64,000 nucleotides of DNA from Octopus sinensis (taxonomy: Eukaryota). Of the stretch, positions 13,060-25,610 are shown piece by piece. Where the stretch lies: positions 20,460,001 to 20,524,000 of the forward strand of contig NC_043021.1 in assembly GCF_006345805.1 (NCBI RefSeq). The letters run 5' to 3'. A model generated the notes under the pieces. That model did not search any database. It had not been told where the DNA came from and saw only the letters and a program-made list of their open reading frames with translations. The position numbers and the translations under genes were made by a program. Position 1 is the stretch's first letter. Every line of letters begins with the position of its first letter.

Positions 13060-13525
13060 ACCTTTCATTACCAACCCAGCCAAATCCACCTCTGGCTCTG
13101 TAGTACAAAGGTCTTGTTTTCTTAAGTTTTGAATTAAAATCTTCCACCAAACCTTAGTCACAATTTATGTTATCAACACTAGCTTAATCGTAACTAAGTT
13201 ACTTTACTAAATTCTTTATTATATTTAAAATAATTGAAGCAAACACAGAGCATCTCAACATAAATATGTATTTCTTTACTGCCCACAAGGGGCTAAACAC
13301 AGAACGGACAAACAAGGAAAGACAAACAGATTAAGTCGATTACATCATCCCCTGAGCGTGACAGGTACTTAATTTATCGACCCCGAAAGGATGAAAGGCA
13401 AAGTCGACCTCGGCGGAATTTGAAACCAGAACATAACGGCAGACGAAATATTGCTAAGCATTTCGCCCAGCGTGCTAACGTTTCTGCCAGCTCGCCGCCT
13501 TAAAATAAATACGGTAATGAAAGGG
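13060..13525 (+). mobile_element. piggyBac-type MITE family 1 carrying a nested SINE
   Basis: TTAA on both sides. A SINE at ~13270-13500 (minus) is flanked by a decayed ~14-bp duplication. Confidence 0.8.
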
Positions 13526-13681
13526 TTAAATCAAATGCAACTTGATTATGATGTTGAAAACATAGTTTTTCAATGTCATTGAAAGTAAAGTGGAAACAAG
13601 TCACATCGACAGAAATGTTCCTTGTACAATTAGATGTCAATAACCATCACATTCCTGTGGCTGCTGACATCATACTCTCTC

Positions 13682-14087
13682 GTTTACTCTTTTACTTGTT
13701 TCAGTCATTTGACTGCAGCCATGCTGGAGCACCGCCTTTAGTCGAGCAAATCGACCCCGGGACTTATTCTTTGTAAGCCCAGTACTTATTCTATCGGTCT
13801 CTTTTGCCAAACCGCTAAGTGACGGGGACGTAAACACACCAGCATCGGTTGTCAAGCAATGCTAGGGGGACAAACACAGACACACAAACATATACACACA
13901 TACATATATATATATACATATAAACGACAGGCTTCTTTCAGTTTCCATCAACCAAATCCACTCACAAGGCATTGGTCGACCCGAGGCTATAGCAGAAGCC
14001 ACTTGCCCAAGGTGCCACGCAGTGGGACTGAACCCGGAACCATGTGGTTGGTTAGCAAGCTACTTACCACACAGCCACTCCTGTGCC
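13682..14087 (-). mobile_element. SINE family A (inside the Chapaev-like element)
   Basis: Full-length reverse copy. Confidence 0.9.
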
Positions 14088-14340
14088 TACATGTCTCATC
14101 TTTGTGGAATTTTCCTGCAGATATGCTTATGCTGTGCTTGACTTAGTGTAACCATCATTGCAAACCAGGTGAGTCATGCTTTGTTGAACCTTTAATTACT
14201 TCTCATGAAAATTAATATTGTGAAAGCTCCCTTAGTGCTTTAATTGTGAGGCCATGTGGATCAAGGTCACTTTTTGTCAAGCTTTGTCAAAGAGCTGTGT
14301 ACTCTTTGCCATCACAAATCTGCGTTTGCTCACTTCATAA

Positions 14341-14733
14341 CTCTTTTACTTGTTTCAGTCATTTGACTGCGGCCATGCTGGAGCACCGCATTTAGTTGAG
14401 GAAATCGACCCCCAGGACTTAATCTTTTTAAGCCTAGTACTTATTCTATCGGTCTCTTTTGCCGAACCGTTAAGTTACGGGGACATAAACACACCAACAT
14501 CGGTTGTCAAGCGATGTTGGGGAGACAAACACAGACACACACATACATATATATATGTATATACATATATATGACGGTCTTCTTTCAGTTTCCGTCTACC
14601 AAATCCACTCAAAAGGCTTTGGTCGGCCCGAGGCTATAGTAGAAGACACTTGCCCAAGGTGCCACGCAGTGGGACTGAACCCAGAACCATGTGGTTGGTA
14701 AGCAAGCTACTTACCACACAGCCACTCCTACAC
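14341..14733 (-). mobile_element. SINE family A (inside the Chapaev-like element)
   Basis: Full-length reverse copy. Confidence 0.9.
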
Positions 14734-15157
14734 CTATGTTGACAATTCTAAAAAAGATTTTTCCAGGTGACAACTGGCTTGAATACGTTTTGTATTTTAG
14801 AAATATGGGTGGTTGTGAGAGAATAAAATGCAAAAACAGCCCCGAAGTCTTCTGCTGTATTTGTGGATGTTACACTTTGCCCAGGCAGCAAAACAAAATC
14901 ACAGATTTTGTGAAGAAATTTTACCTTGCTTTGGTTCGAAACTGGGTAATTAAGACAGATCCTAAACACCTCATATAGTGTGTAAAACGTGTTGGAACAC
15001 CGAGACAGTTCTTGTGAGAAAATTAAGGTTGGTGTGGTTGATGAGCTATAGATTAGGTGGATATTGCAGAGTGAGCAGTTTTTGAAGACCATGTTTGGTA
15101 GTGAAAAAGAAGCATGGAATGCCTTTGCTGCAGTTGTGTCTTATTTCCTGGGAAACA

Positions 15158-15368
15158 TCATCATCATCATCATTGTTCGACCGTGGTCGAGACAATGGAA
15201 TTTACCATGCTACGCCAGACTTCACGGTCCATCATAGCATTAGAAAGGTCCTGTTGCTGGATGCCTGTATCCCTGGAGATTACATCAGGGTAGGAGAGTG
15301 TGCGCCCTCTGGTATTGCGAGTAGATGGCTTCCAGAGGAGAAGAGTAGAGATTACCTCTTTTTCAGCT
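15158..15368 (-). mobile_element. 5'-truncated LINE 3' end inserted in the Chapaev-like transposase
   Basis: 11-bp TSD cctgggaaaca (15147-15157 and 15369-15379), (TGA)n tail, ORF end ...DREVWRSMVNSIVSTTVEQ. Confidence 0.85.
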
Positions 15369-17220
15369 CCTGGGAAACAGGAAGTCGTCAAATTATGAAG
15401 AACTTGTGCAGACCCTGTTAACCAGTTTTCGAGCACTGAGCTGCAACATGAGTGTAAAAGTGCACTTTCTGCACAGTCATCTGAACCACTCCCCAGAAAA
15501 TCATAAGGCAATAAGTGATGAGCAAGGAGAAAGATTCCACCGAGACATCGACACCATAGAGACAAGGCATGAAGGTAGGTGGAACACAAACATGATGGCT
15601 GACTACTGCTGGTCTCTGTAAAGAGAAAGTTCACTCCTTGTGTAGATGAAGCTCCAGTCTGACACAAATATCTATCTTGAGATATGTGATATAATTGTCA
15701 AACAATAAAAAATACTCTCTCTCTTTACTCTTTTACTTGTTTTAGCGTCCGCTTTCCATGCTGGCATGGGTTGGACAGTGCAACTGGGGTCTGGGAAGCC
15801 AGAAGGCTGCACCAGGCCCAGTCTGATCTGGCAATGTTTCTACGGCTGGATGCCCTTCCTAACGCCAACCACTCCATGAGTGTAGTGGGTGCTTTTTATG
15901 TGCCAGACGAGGCTGGCAAACGGCCACGATCGGATGGTGCTTTTTACGTGCCACTGGCACAGAGATAATATTTTTCATTATTAAATGAATTACTTTATGA
16001 AGGTTCTGTCTCTAAATTCTATATACATATAATATATCGTGAAATTTGATTTAGTATTGATAAATTGAGTTTGCTCTCCCTTGTTGCCTTGGAATTTTAT
16101 ATTCCCTACTATTAATAATTATAAATTTTATTTATATACTTTATTATGATTATAGATAACCTGAGAATCTGCATTACTCAGTGTCAAAGATACTCAAGGC
16201 GGCTGAGTACTTATTGACAAGTTTCTCCAACTGAATAGGGTGCATGTGTGAGTACGTAGGAAAATTAAATTTTTTAACATCACAATTATCCATTTTCCAG
16301 CCTAACTAAGGATAAACTGAAGATCGATCAATCAATATTTTTTATTGATAATTTAGGCATTACATAGTTAAGCTGAAAGTAAGATACAATTATTTCACTT
16401 TAATCTCTTATAATTTTTTAATCTTCTAGCATTCAGATTATTGTCAAATGCATTGCTTATTTATTCACACACTTTCTTATAGCTTGTAACTTCAAAATTT
16501 TGATGATGTGGTTGTTCATTTCTAGAATGACATTGTAGGTTAGGTGTGAGAGGCTGGATCTGGCTAGTTTGAACATAAAACAGGTAGAATATTTGGGCCA
16601 GATATGGCTGGTTTAAATGATAAAGGGTGAATTATTTAAAAAATTATATATAAATGCAAATAAAAAAAAAACAGGAAAAATAACTGAAGTCAAAGGGATG
16701 TACACAGTGAATGTATTAGATTGATGCTCAGAGAAGGTTTAAGATAGAAAAAAAAAAGGGGGGTGTGACTTTCTGAGCCTGGCTCTTCATCAGAAAGCGG
16801 AAAAGTGGAAAAAGTCTGGAGAGAAGGAAAAGATTAGTCTGAGAAAAGCGTGTGTTGTTACATGGCTGAAAAATAATACACACACATACATACAGAACAA
16901 GCTTCCATGAAATTTCCATCTACCAAATTCACTCACAAATCATTGGCCAGTCCAGGGTTCTATAGCAGAAGACATTTGGGCAACTGTCTTCTGCTATAGA
17001 AGACACTGGACAGTGAGATTGAACATGAAACCACATGGTTACAAAGCAAACTTCTTAACCACAGAGCCATGCCTATGCCTGTAATTGTTCTATAATTATT
17101 TTGCAGGTTTCATACATTGAAATGAATTTATTCTGCTCCATGCATGGTCAGATGGTTTTGATCCATTGTTAAATGGTTGGATAGCTTTTGCAAATTTAAA
17201 TAGTTCCATGCAACAGAATA

Positions 17221-17516
17221 TCTTTATATATAAAATTGAAGTTGTGTGTGTGAGACTCTGTCTCCTCCGATTTAGATTCCTAACTACTCCCACATTTTGC
17301 GGTGCAGTTTAACCAAAAGCGGGTATCATTCATATCGAGCCCTTCTGGGTATTAGTGCGCGTCTACAATGAGTCTACGATTTAAAAAAAAATTTACCATC
17401 ATTTTTCCGTATTTTTAATGATTTTTGCTCGGGTTATATAAGGGAAGTAACTCTCTAAAAATGCTTATATAGTTATTTCCCTTACAAACCCGAGCAACGC
17501 CGGGCGATACTGCTAG
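17221..17516 (+). mobile_element. Non-autonomous Helitron with a different interior
   Basis: A|TC start, same CCCGAGCAACGCCGGG hairpin, CTAG|T end. Confidence 0.85.
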
Positions 17517-17986
17517 TATATTTTAAAATAGAGACAGAGGATGAGAGTACTTCTCAAAAGCCAACCAATTGTCTGTAGAGAGGGAAATGTAAAATATAGA
17601 GGTGGCGATGATGATGACATCATCATCATTTTTATTTTTATTTTCATTCTTCAGTTTCGGTAATTTGACAGCGGCAAGGATTCTGGTTTATTTTTCCGGC
17701 TTTTTTACTTAATTTTTGAGAGCGGTCAGGTTCATTTTTAGTATTCTCGTTTGTGAAAGCACTCAAGTTTATTTCAGATATTCTCATTTTAGTGATCATC
17801 TCTGGCTAATTGTTGAGAGGACGCTGGTGTTGCCTTGGCGGAGGTTTGCATTTCTGAGTGCCCTTGTTCATATTCTCTTGAATTAATCATTAATTTTCTA
17901 ATAAGCAATCAAATCATAAAAATTTCAAAGCTATGAGATGATGCATGATTAATTCTACAACAATATTGTAATGCATGTGTGTGTGT

Positions 17987-18022
<36 letters not shown>

Positions 18023-18292
18023 TCTGTACTTGGCTAGTTTGAATATGATGTAGGTAAAATATATGAGCCACATATAATCATCATTTAACATCTGTCGTCC
18101 ATGGAAAACAGATGGTAAGTGTTGATGATGAAGATGATGATGGTGTGTGTGTGTGTGTGGTGATCAAGTAAGTTTCATATGTCAAAGTGCAGAATACTCA
18201 ATACAATAAATATAAATTTTATTTATATATAGAATTAAGAGACAGAACCTCCATAAAGTAATTCAATTAATAAGGAAAGATATTATCTATAA

Positions 18293-18646
18293 TCTATATA
18301 TATAAAGCTGAAGTTGTCTGTGTGTGGCAGGTTTGATAGCCTTCAACTAACACTATCTTCTCCGACATCCTGCAGCGCAAGTTGACCAAAATTGAGAGTA
18401 TGATAGAAGGCTTGCTCTTCATTCCGTAGAAGATAAAATTCAAATCGGACCATGTTAACACCAAAATTTTTAAATCAAAAAGGTGCTATTTTTCTATGAA
18501 AATCCCGATTTTTTTACTGCTGTGTTCCATTTTTTGGTGTATTTCAACCAGAAAAATGTTCACTTAAAGAGAATAACAAGCTACATAATGCAAAATTTTT
18601 ACTTTTCAAAAATTCCAATTCTAAAGGGTCAAAACAAACCCGAGCA
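18293..18646 (+). mobile_element. 3'-truncated Helitron of the same family as 4671-5115
   Basis: Starts TCTATATATATAAAGCTGAAG, matches the 4671-5115 copy in reverse, and stops mid-hairpin at cccgagca. Confidence 0.8.
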
Positions 18647-18839
18647 TTGGTTAGATGATGATCAGATTTTGGGACAGCAGTAGTCCTTCCAACCAGAATG
18701 ACAACTAAATGACTACAACAAACTTACAGAACTGTACAGATTTGACAACCGGTGTTGATATGTTTATGTTCCTGTAACTTAGCAGTTTGGCAAAAGAGAC
18801 CTATACCAGGCTTAAAAGAATCAATTCATAAGGAAACTT

Positions 18840-19222
18840 CTTTTTTTTTACTTGTTTCAGTCATTTGACTGTGGCTGTGCTGGAGCACCGCCTTTAGTCG
18901 AGCAAATTAACCACATAACTTATTTTTCGTAAGCTTAGTACTTATTCTATCGGTCTCTTTTGCCGAACCGCTAAGTTATGGGGATGTAAACACATCAGTA
19001 TCGGTTGTCAAGCGATGCTGGGGTGAGAAACACAAACACACATATATATACATATACATGTATACCACGGGCTTCTTTCAGTTTCCGTCTACCAAATCCA
19101 CTCACAAGGCTTTGGTCGGCCCGAGGCTACAGTAGAAGACACTTGCCCAAGGTGCTATGCAGTGGGACTGAACCTGGAACCATGTGGTTGGTAAGCAAGC
19201 TACTTACCACACAACCACTCCA
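18840..19222 (-). mobile_element. SINE family A
   Basis: Full-length reverse copy. Confidence 0.88.
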
Positions 19223-19669
19223 TGAAATTCATTCCGTATTGCAGACTTAGAACTGACAAGGCACAGCAGGGTTTCAATATCAAACAAGAATAAAAGAGTG
19301 ATATTACAAAAATGGTTGCTGTTTAGCTACAAGTCATTTCTGACAGTGTACATCGATGACGAAAGGCATTTTAGCTGTAAAAATCCCTTTCCTTTTCCCA
19401 GGATTATACTGTCTAATGCATCCTTCCTTTTCTAAGGCAGTAGGTTGTGATTTGAGGGAGATATGGTTGTTATTTCGAGCAATCTGTTGTTGTGTAGCCT
19501 GAAGTCAGCATTGACTGCGTAGACAAAGAATTAAAAGGGTTCCACTCACAACCATCCCATCTTTGTATCTATGTATCTCCTCTACAGCAGTACACCTGTC
19601 TCTGACCTCATTCTCGATCTCCTTATCTCCTCAAAGACATACATCATCTCGAAAGAGTCCAGAAGCTGG

Positions 19670-20106
19670 CTACCTGCATGGTTCTTCATCTCAAGCATTT
19701 GTCTTATGAAGAAAGACTGAAGACACTCAACCTTTATTCTCTAGGAAAACGCCGTCGTGATCTCATTCTCGCTCACAACATCATAAGCGGAAAGTGTAAC
19801 CTCTCGAAAGAGCTGTTCTTCACTCCTGCTCCAGAGCGTCAGCTACGGGGGTCACTCCGAAAAGCTCTATCTGTGACGATTTCATCTCAATCGAAGGAGA
19901 GGGGCTTTCTCCGTCCGGGTTGCAGATCCGTGGAATAAGCTGCCGGACGAGATAGTGAAGATGCCGACGACCGCTCAGTTCAAAGTCTCTCTTGACCAGA
20001 AATGGCCTGAACTCTTTGCATGAACACCCTCCCTGTACATAACTCCATGTACCCCTACATGGCCTTGCTTTTGCTTTTTGAGCCAAAAAATTAACTTAAC
20101 TTAACA
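19670..20106 (+). mobile_element. CR1-like LINE 3' end, family 1
   Basis: Homologous to 1820-2229, frameshifted, with a (TTAAC)n tail. Confidence 0.85.
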
Positions 20107-20366
20107 CTCTCTCGCTCTTCCCTCTGGCTAGGTAACCAAGTATCTCCTTTACAACAACACACCTGTTCCTGTCCTTCCTTCCTTGTTACCTCTCTCTCTC
20201 TCTCTGGCTGGGTAATCATGTACATCCTCTATAGCAAGACACCTGTTTCTACCTTTTTCTCTCTCTGTCACATTCTAACCTTTCATCATCTGTCAGTGCT
20301 GGTGCCACATAAAAAGCACCCAGTACACACTGTAAAGTGGTTGGTTTTAGGAAGGGCATCCAGATG

Positions 20367-20566
20367 TAAAAACCATGCCAAAACTGACCTTGCCTGTGCT
20401 GGTGCTACATAAAAAGCACTCAGTCCACTCTGCAGGGTGGTTGGTGTTAGGAAGGGCATCCAGACGTAAAAACCATGCCAAAACTGACCTTGCCTGTGCT
20501 GGTGCTACATAAAAAGCACTCAGTCCACTCTGCAGGGTGGTTGGTGTTAGGAAGGGCATCCAGCTG
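20367..20566 (+). repeat. 100-bp tandem duplication inside an RTE 3'-UTR copy
   Basis: Near-identical units starting at 20367 and 20467. Confidence 0.9.
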
Positions 20567-20926
20567 TAAAAACAGACACAAGACTGGCTGCTCCTCTCAA
20601 ACCATCCAACTCATGCCAGCATGGAAGGCGGATGTTAAAGAATAATGATGATGATGGCATTATCCAAGGTCTCTAAATTTTAAGTTGGTTGGATATGATG
20701 AGAGAAACTCGGCTGCTGTTTCTAGCAGTTCAAGCAGCATCCATGTAGAGAACCGGCTAAAAATGGTAGCTATAATTACCAAAACTGTCTGTGTAGGTTG
20801 TTATGTAGTCCTAGATTACCTTGGATTGAGGCAACCAGTAAGCAAAAATATTCAAGCCATGACTGTCCTGTCATTTTGCATTACATTCAACATTACACAA
20901 ACCAACATGGGCTTCATTGTTTTTAA

Positions 20927-21374
20927 CCCTTTCCTTACTGTATTTATTTTGAGATGCTCTGTGTTTCTTTCAATTAATCTTAAATATAACTAAGAATTTA
21001 GTAAAATAACTTAGTTACCATTAACCCTTTCGTTACCAACCTGGCTAAAACCGGCTTTGACTCTGTAGTATAAATGTCTTCTTTTCATAAGTTTGCAATT
21101 AAAATCTTCCACTAAATCTTAGTCACAATTTATGTTCTGAACACTAGCTGAATGATAACTAAGTTATTTTACTAAATTCTTTGTTATATCTAAAATTAAT
21201 TGAAAGAAACACAGATCATCTCAAAATAAATATGGTAGCAAAAGGATTAAGCTAGTGTTGGGAACATAAATTGTGACTAAGTTTTGGTGGAAGATTTTAA
21301 TTCAAAACTTATGGAAACAAGACATTTGTGCTACAGAGCCAGAGGCAGTTTCAGTCAGCTTGGTATCAAAAAGG
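20927..21374. mobile_element. piggyBac-type MITE family 1 with a second copy inserted in opposite orientation (21025-21246)
   Basis: The inner copy is flanked by TTAA (21021-21024, 21247-21250). Removing it restores a continuous reverse-orientation outer copy. Confidence 0.85.
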
Positions 21375-22316
21375 CTAAGGCAGTAGGGTGTAATTTGAGG
21401 GAGATTTGACTGCTAGTTTTAGCAGGTAGGGGCTCCTTCACGAGCTGTACAAGCTTTAAAATAACTACTAGAATTCTGTGCACACTTTCAATAAACGCTT
21501 TGTACTGTCTGTCATATGTAAGAAATCATGCTGTAATAATACAATAGTCTGTGTACCCTATTAACCCTCATTGTAAAGAGGAAAAATGAAGTAGAACGGC
21601 TGGAAGAATGGGAATATAGGTCAGACTAGTGTGGTTAATATGAGCTTGAAGGTGAGGAACAGAGAGGAACAAAAGTTATAGTGTGAGGAAGTCATAATAC
21701 AGATGACAAGCAGAGGTTTAGCAGGTTAGAGAATAGCTAAAGATATTGGTTTCCAAATTTGGCATAAGTCCAGCAAGTTCGGAGGTAGGGGCGGGGGGAA
21801 GTTGATTACATCAATCCCAGTCCTCAACTGGTACTTATTTCATTGAACACCCCCCCACCCCACTCCCGAAAGGGTGCAAAAGCAAAGTTGAACTTGGCAG
21901 AATTTGAACTCAGAATGTAAAGACCGACGAAATGCTGTTAAACATTTTGCCTGGTGTGCTATCAATTTTGTTGGCTCACCGCCCTTCAGAACAGCTAAAA
22001 ATATCATTTTGAATTTTGGCACAAAGCCAGCAATTTTAGAGGAAGGAGTTAGTTAGCTGATACCACAGAGTTCTGTGTTGGAGTGGTACTATATTTTATT
22101 GACCCCGGAAGGATGGGAAGAAAAGTTGACTCCAGTAGAATTTCAACTCAGAAAGTAAAGAGCAGGACAAAACGTAAAACAGGATTTGGAAATTGTCTTA
22201 ACAAAAGTTGTCAAAAAGTACAAATGGGTTTCTTTAATACAATACGAGATGCAAATGATTGAGAAACTTGAAAGAATTTTAAATATTTACTTCACTTTTT
22301 GGCATTTAAAACAGCC

Positions 22317-24600
22317 ATCATCATTATCATCGTTTAACGTCTGCTTTCCATGCTGGTATGGGTTGGATGGTTTGACTGAGGACTGGCAAGCCAGGAGACT
22401 GCACCAGGCTCCAATCTGATCTGGCAAAGTTTCTACAGCTGGGTACCCTTCCTAAAGCCAACCACTCTGAGAGTGCAGTGGGTGTGTTTTATGTGCCACC
22501 AAGATGGATGCCAGTCAGGTGGCACTGGCATCAGCCACGCTCAAATGGTGCTTTTTACATACCACCCACAAGAGTGCCAGTTAGGTGGCACTGGCATTGG
22601 CCACAACTATGATTTCACTTGGTTCAAAAGGTCTTCACAAGCATGATATATTTCCTGACGACTGAAGGGTGCTTTTAAATGCGCCAGTTATGCAACATTA
22701 GCATTGGCCATGACTATGATCTCACTTGGCTTGCTGAGTCTTCTCAAGCATGGCGTATCTTCAAAGTTCTCAGTCCCTTATCATTGCCTCTCAAAGGCCC
22801 AACGTTTGAAGGTTGTGCTTCACCACCTCATCCCATGTCTTCCTAGGTTTACCTCTTCCATAGGTTCCCTCCACTGTTAGGGTGTGACACAGCTGTTCAC
22901 ATCCATATGCATCACATGACCATACCTGCACAGTTGTCTCTCATGCACACCACATCTGATGCTTCTCATGTCCAACTTTTCTCTCAGGGTACTTACACTT
23001 TCTCAGGTATGTACTCTGACACAGCACATCCAGCGGAGCATACTAGCTTCATTTCTTTCAAGCCTACGCATGTCATCAGCAGTCACAGCCCATGTAGCAT
23101 GGCTGTTTGCACAGGCATTATACAGTCTACCTTTCATTTAAGCAAGAGGCCTCTTGTTACCAGCAGATGCAGGAGCTCTCTGAACTTTGCCCATATGCTT
23201 ATTCTAGCAGCTATGCTCTGAGCATCCACCCCTGCTACTGACTTGGTCACCTAGCTAACAGAAGCTATCAACTACTTCTAGTTTCTCCCCCTGGCATGTG
23301 ATGGAATCTGCTTTCTGTTCATCGTCAGTGTTTATTGCCCCTGTGCATCTGCCACACACAAAAACTATCCTCCCAGTTAACCTTCCTTTGATATTGCTGC
23401 ACCTCTTATGTGTCCATAGCTTATACTGGGTACATCTTATGGAGTTTCTACCTATGCCTTTTCTACAGATTGACAAGGGCCATCTACCAGAAGTAATTTG
23501 TGATTTGTCCACCTTCCTACTTACTTAGACTTTGGTTTTGCTAGGTTGACTCTAAGGTTCTTCAATTCTACACCTTGCTTCCACACCTGAAACTTCTCTA
23601 GTTCTGGTAGTGACTCAGCTATTAAAGCAAGGTCATCAGCATAGACCTCCCGGGGGAAGCCTGTCTTGAATTCCTCTATTATTGCCTGGAGGACTATGAT
23701 GAACAAGAGGGGACTGAGGACTGATCCTTGGTGAACCCCTACTTCTACCCAGAATTCTTCGCTTTAGTCATTGCCAACCCTCACCTTTCTGACAGCATCC
23801 CTGTACATGGCATGTACAGCTTTCACCAACCACTCATCTATCTTTAGTTTCCATATTGACCACCAGGGATCAGGGGACCCTGTCAAAGGCTTTCAGGCTT
23901 TCTCTATGTCAACAAAAGTCAAGTACAGAGGTTTATCTTTGGCTAGGAATTTCTCCTGCAGCTGTCTTACCAGAAATATAGCATCAGCAGTGCTTCTCCC
24001 TGGCACAAACCCAAACTACATCTCATCTAAACTAACTCTCTCCCTAATTAGTTGGACAATAACCCTCTCCGTGACTTTCAGTGCCTGATCCAGCAATCTG
24101 ATACTTCTGTAATTATTTCTAATACATCACTTTTACCTTTGTAGCAGCTGACTATGTTGCTGCTACACCAGTCATTGGGTATGACCTGATTAACTAGACT
24201 ATAGCCTACACCACCAGATAATTTAAGCATCTCAGCAGTGATCCCTGATGGGCCAAGGTCTTTCTGTGTCTTCATACCCTTAATTGCTTTATCTACCAAA
24301 GTACTGTCAATTCGAATAGCTGGTCCCTCTGCTGGGTTGACATTTGGCAGACTCTCTTTCTCTCATTCATTCTCTTCATTTAGCAATCTTTCATAGTGGC
24401 ATCTCCAAGCCTTCCTCTTTGCAGCCTCATTAAATGCAAGTGCGCCATCATCCATGCAAACACATTTCTCTCCTGATATCGCAATTTTCTCTCACACACA
24501 CACTCTTGCAATTCAAAACCCTTCAAGTCTCTGGTCCTCACAATGCAAAGCATTGGCAAATTTTCTCTTATCCACTTCCCCTCTGGCTAAGTAAACCTGT
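22317..24600 (-). mobile_element. 5'-truncated, decayed RTE-clade LINE (RT domain, 3' UTR and (GAT)n tail)
   Basis: Remnant RT motifs YADDLALIAES...FQVWKQG...LRVNLAK, GPSGITAEMLK and LTFVDIEKA. The 3' UTR is shared with many short copies in the window. Confidence 0.9.
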
Positions 24601-25019
24601 TTCCTAGCTTCCTTTCAGTCAATCTCATACAGTTTCCTGCTACCACTACATTTCCAGTCCTTCTATCCCTGTTTCTTATTTCTTTACTGCCCACAAGGGG
24701 CTACACAGAGAGGTGACAAACGGATTAAGTCGATTACATTGACCCCAGTGTGTAACTGGTACTTAATTTATCGATCCCGAAAGGATGAAAGGCAAAGTTG
24801 ACCTTGGCGAAATTTGAACTCAGAACGTAGTGGCCAGTACACTCTGTAAAGAGCTTGGCATTAGGAAGGGCATCCAGTCACAAAAACCATGCCAAAACAG
24901 ACAAATGGAGCCTGGCCAGCTGCCCAACTTCTGTCAAACCGTCCAACCTGTGCCAGCATGGAGAATGGAAGTATGATGACGATGATGATAAATCCTGACG
25001 TATGTGTGTGTATAGAGTA

Positions 25020-25480
25020 TCATCATCATCGTTTAACGTCCGCTTTCCATGCTAGCATGGGTTGGACAATTTTGACTGAGGGCTAGCGAACCAGATGGCT
25101 GCACCAGGCTCCAATCGTGATCTGACAGAGTTTCTACAGCTGGATGCCCTTCCTAAAACCAGCCACTCCGAGAGTCTAGTGGGTGCTTTTTACGTGTTAC
25201 CGGCACGGGGGCCAGTCAGGAGGTATTGGCAATGACCTCGCTCGAATCTTTTTACACATGCCACCGGCACAGGTGCCAGTAAGGTAACGTTGGTAACGAT
25301 CACACTCAAACAGTGCCCTTTTTACGTGCCACCGGCACAGAAGCCAGTTGGCTGCTCTGGCAACGATCACGCTTGGATGGTGCTCTTGGCACCCTACTAG
25401 CACGGGCACAAGTGCCTGTAAGGCGACGCTGGTAACGATCATACTTGAATGGTGCCCTTTTTTGTGCCACTGGCACGGAA
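25020..25480 (-). mobile_element. RTE 3'-UTR copy with a hairpin-module array
   Basis: (CAT)n on the + strand and a ggatgcccttcctaa core. 4-5 GTGCCGGTGGCAC modules. Confidence 0.8.
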
Positions 25481-25610
25481 GTATGTTTCTAGAATTAAGT
25501 AACTTGCGCATTATTGATTAAGAACAAGAAGTAGATTTACCTTTAAACAAACACTTGCATTTTAATACTATTACACCTTATCAGAATACTTGGTTATCAG
25601 ATAACATTAC

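Larger units (their letters stand above)
12902..15700 (+). mobile_element. Fragmented Chapaev3-like (CMC) DNA transposon with nested insertions
   Basis: Left terminus CACTGGAGAACAA followed by ttttggggtgct and ctatcacatg subterminal motifs. Transposase remnants CKNSPEVFCCICG...ITDFVKK..., TPHIVCKTC, AFAAVVSYFLGN and CNMSVKVHFLHSHL...SDEQGERFHRDI...MMADYCWSL. Family assignment is from recalled motifs. Right terminus not found. Confidence 0.7.

Noticed and set aside
16120-17184. Candidate minus-strand exons 16174-16301 (WKMDNCDVKKF...SIFDTE*) and 17116-17184
   Set aside because: Short, no recognisable family and a weak acceptor for the second. ORFs this size arise by chance in AT-rich DNA.
25197-25480. 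Regularly spaced ~24-nt repeats resembling a CRISPR array
   Set aside because: Eukaryotic context, related rather than unique spacers, and part of the RTE 3' UTR.
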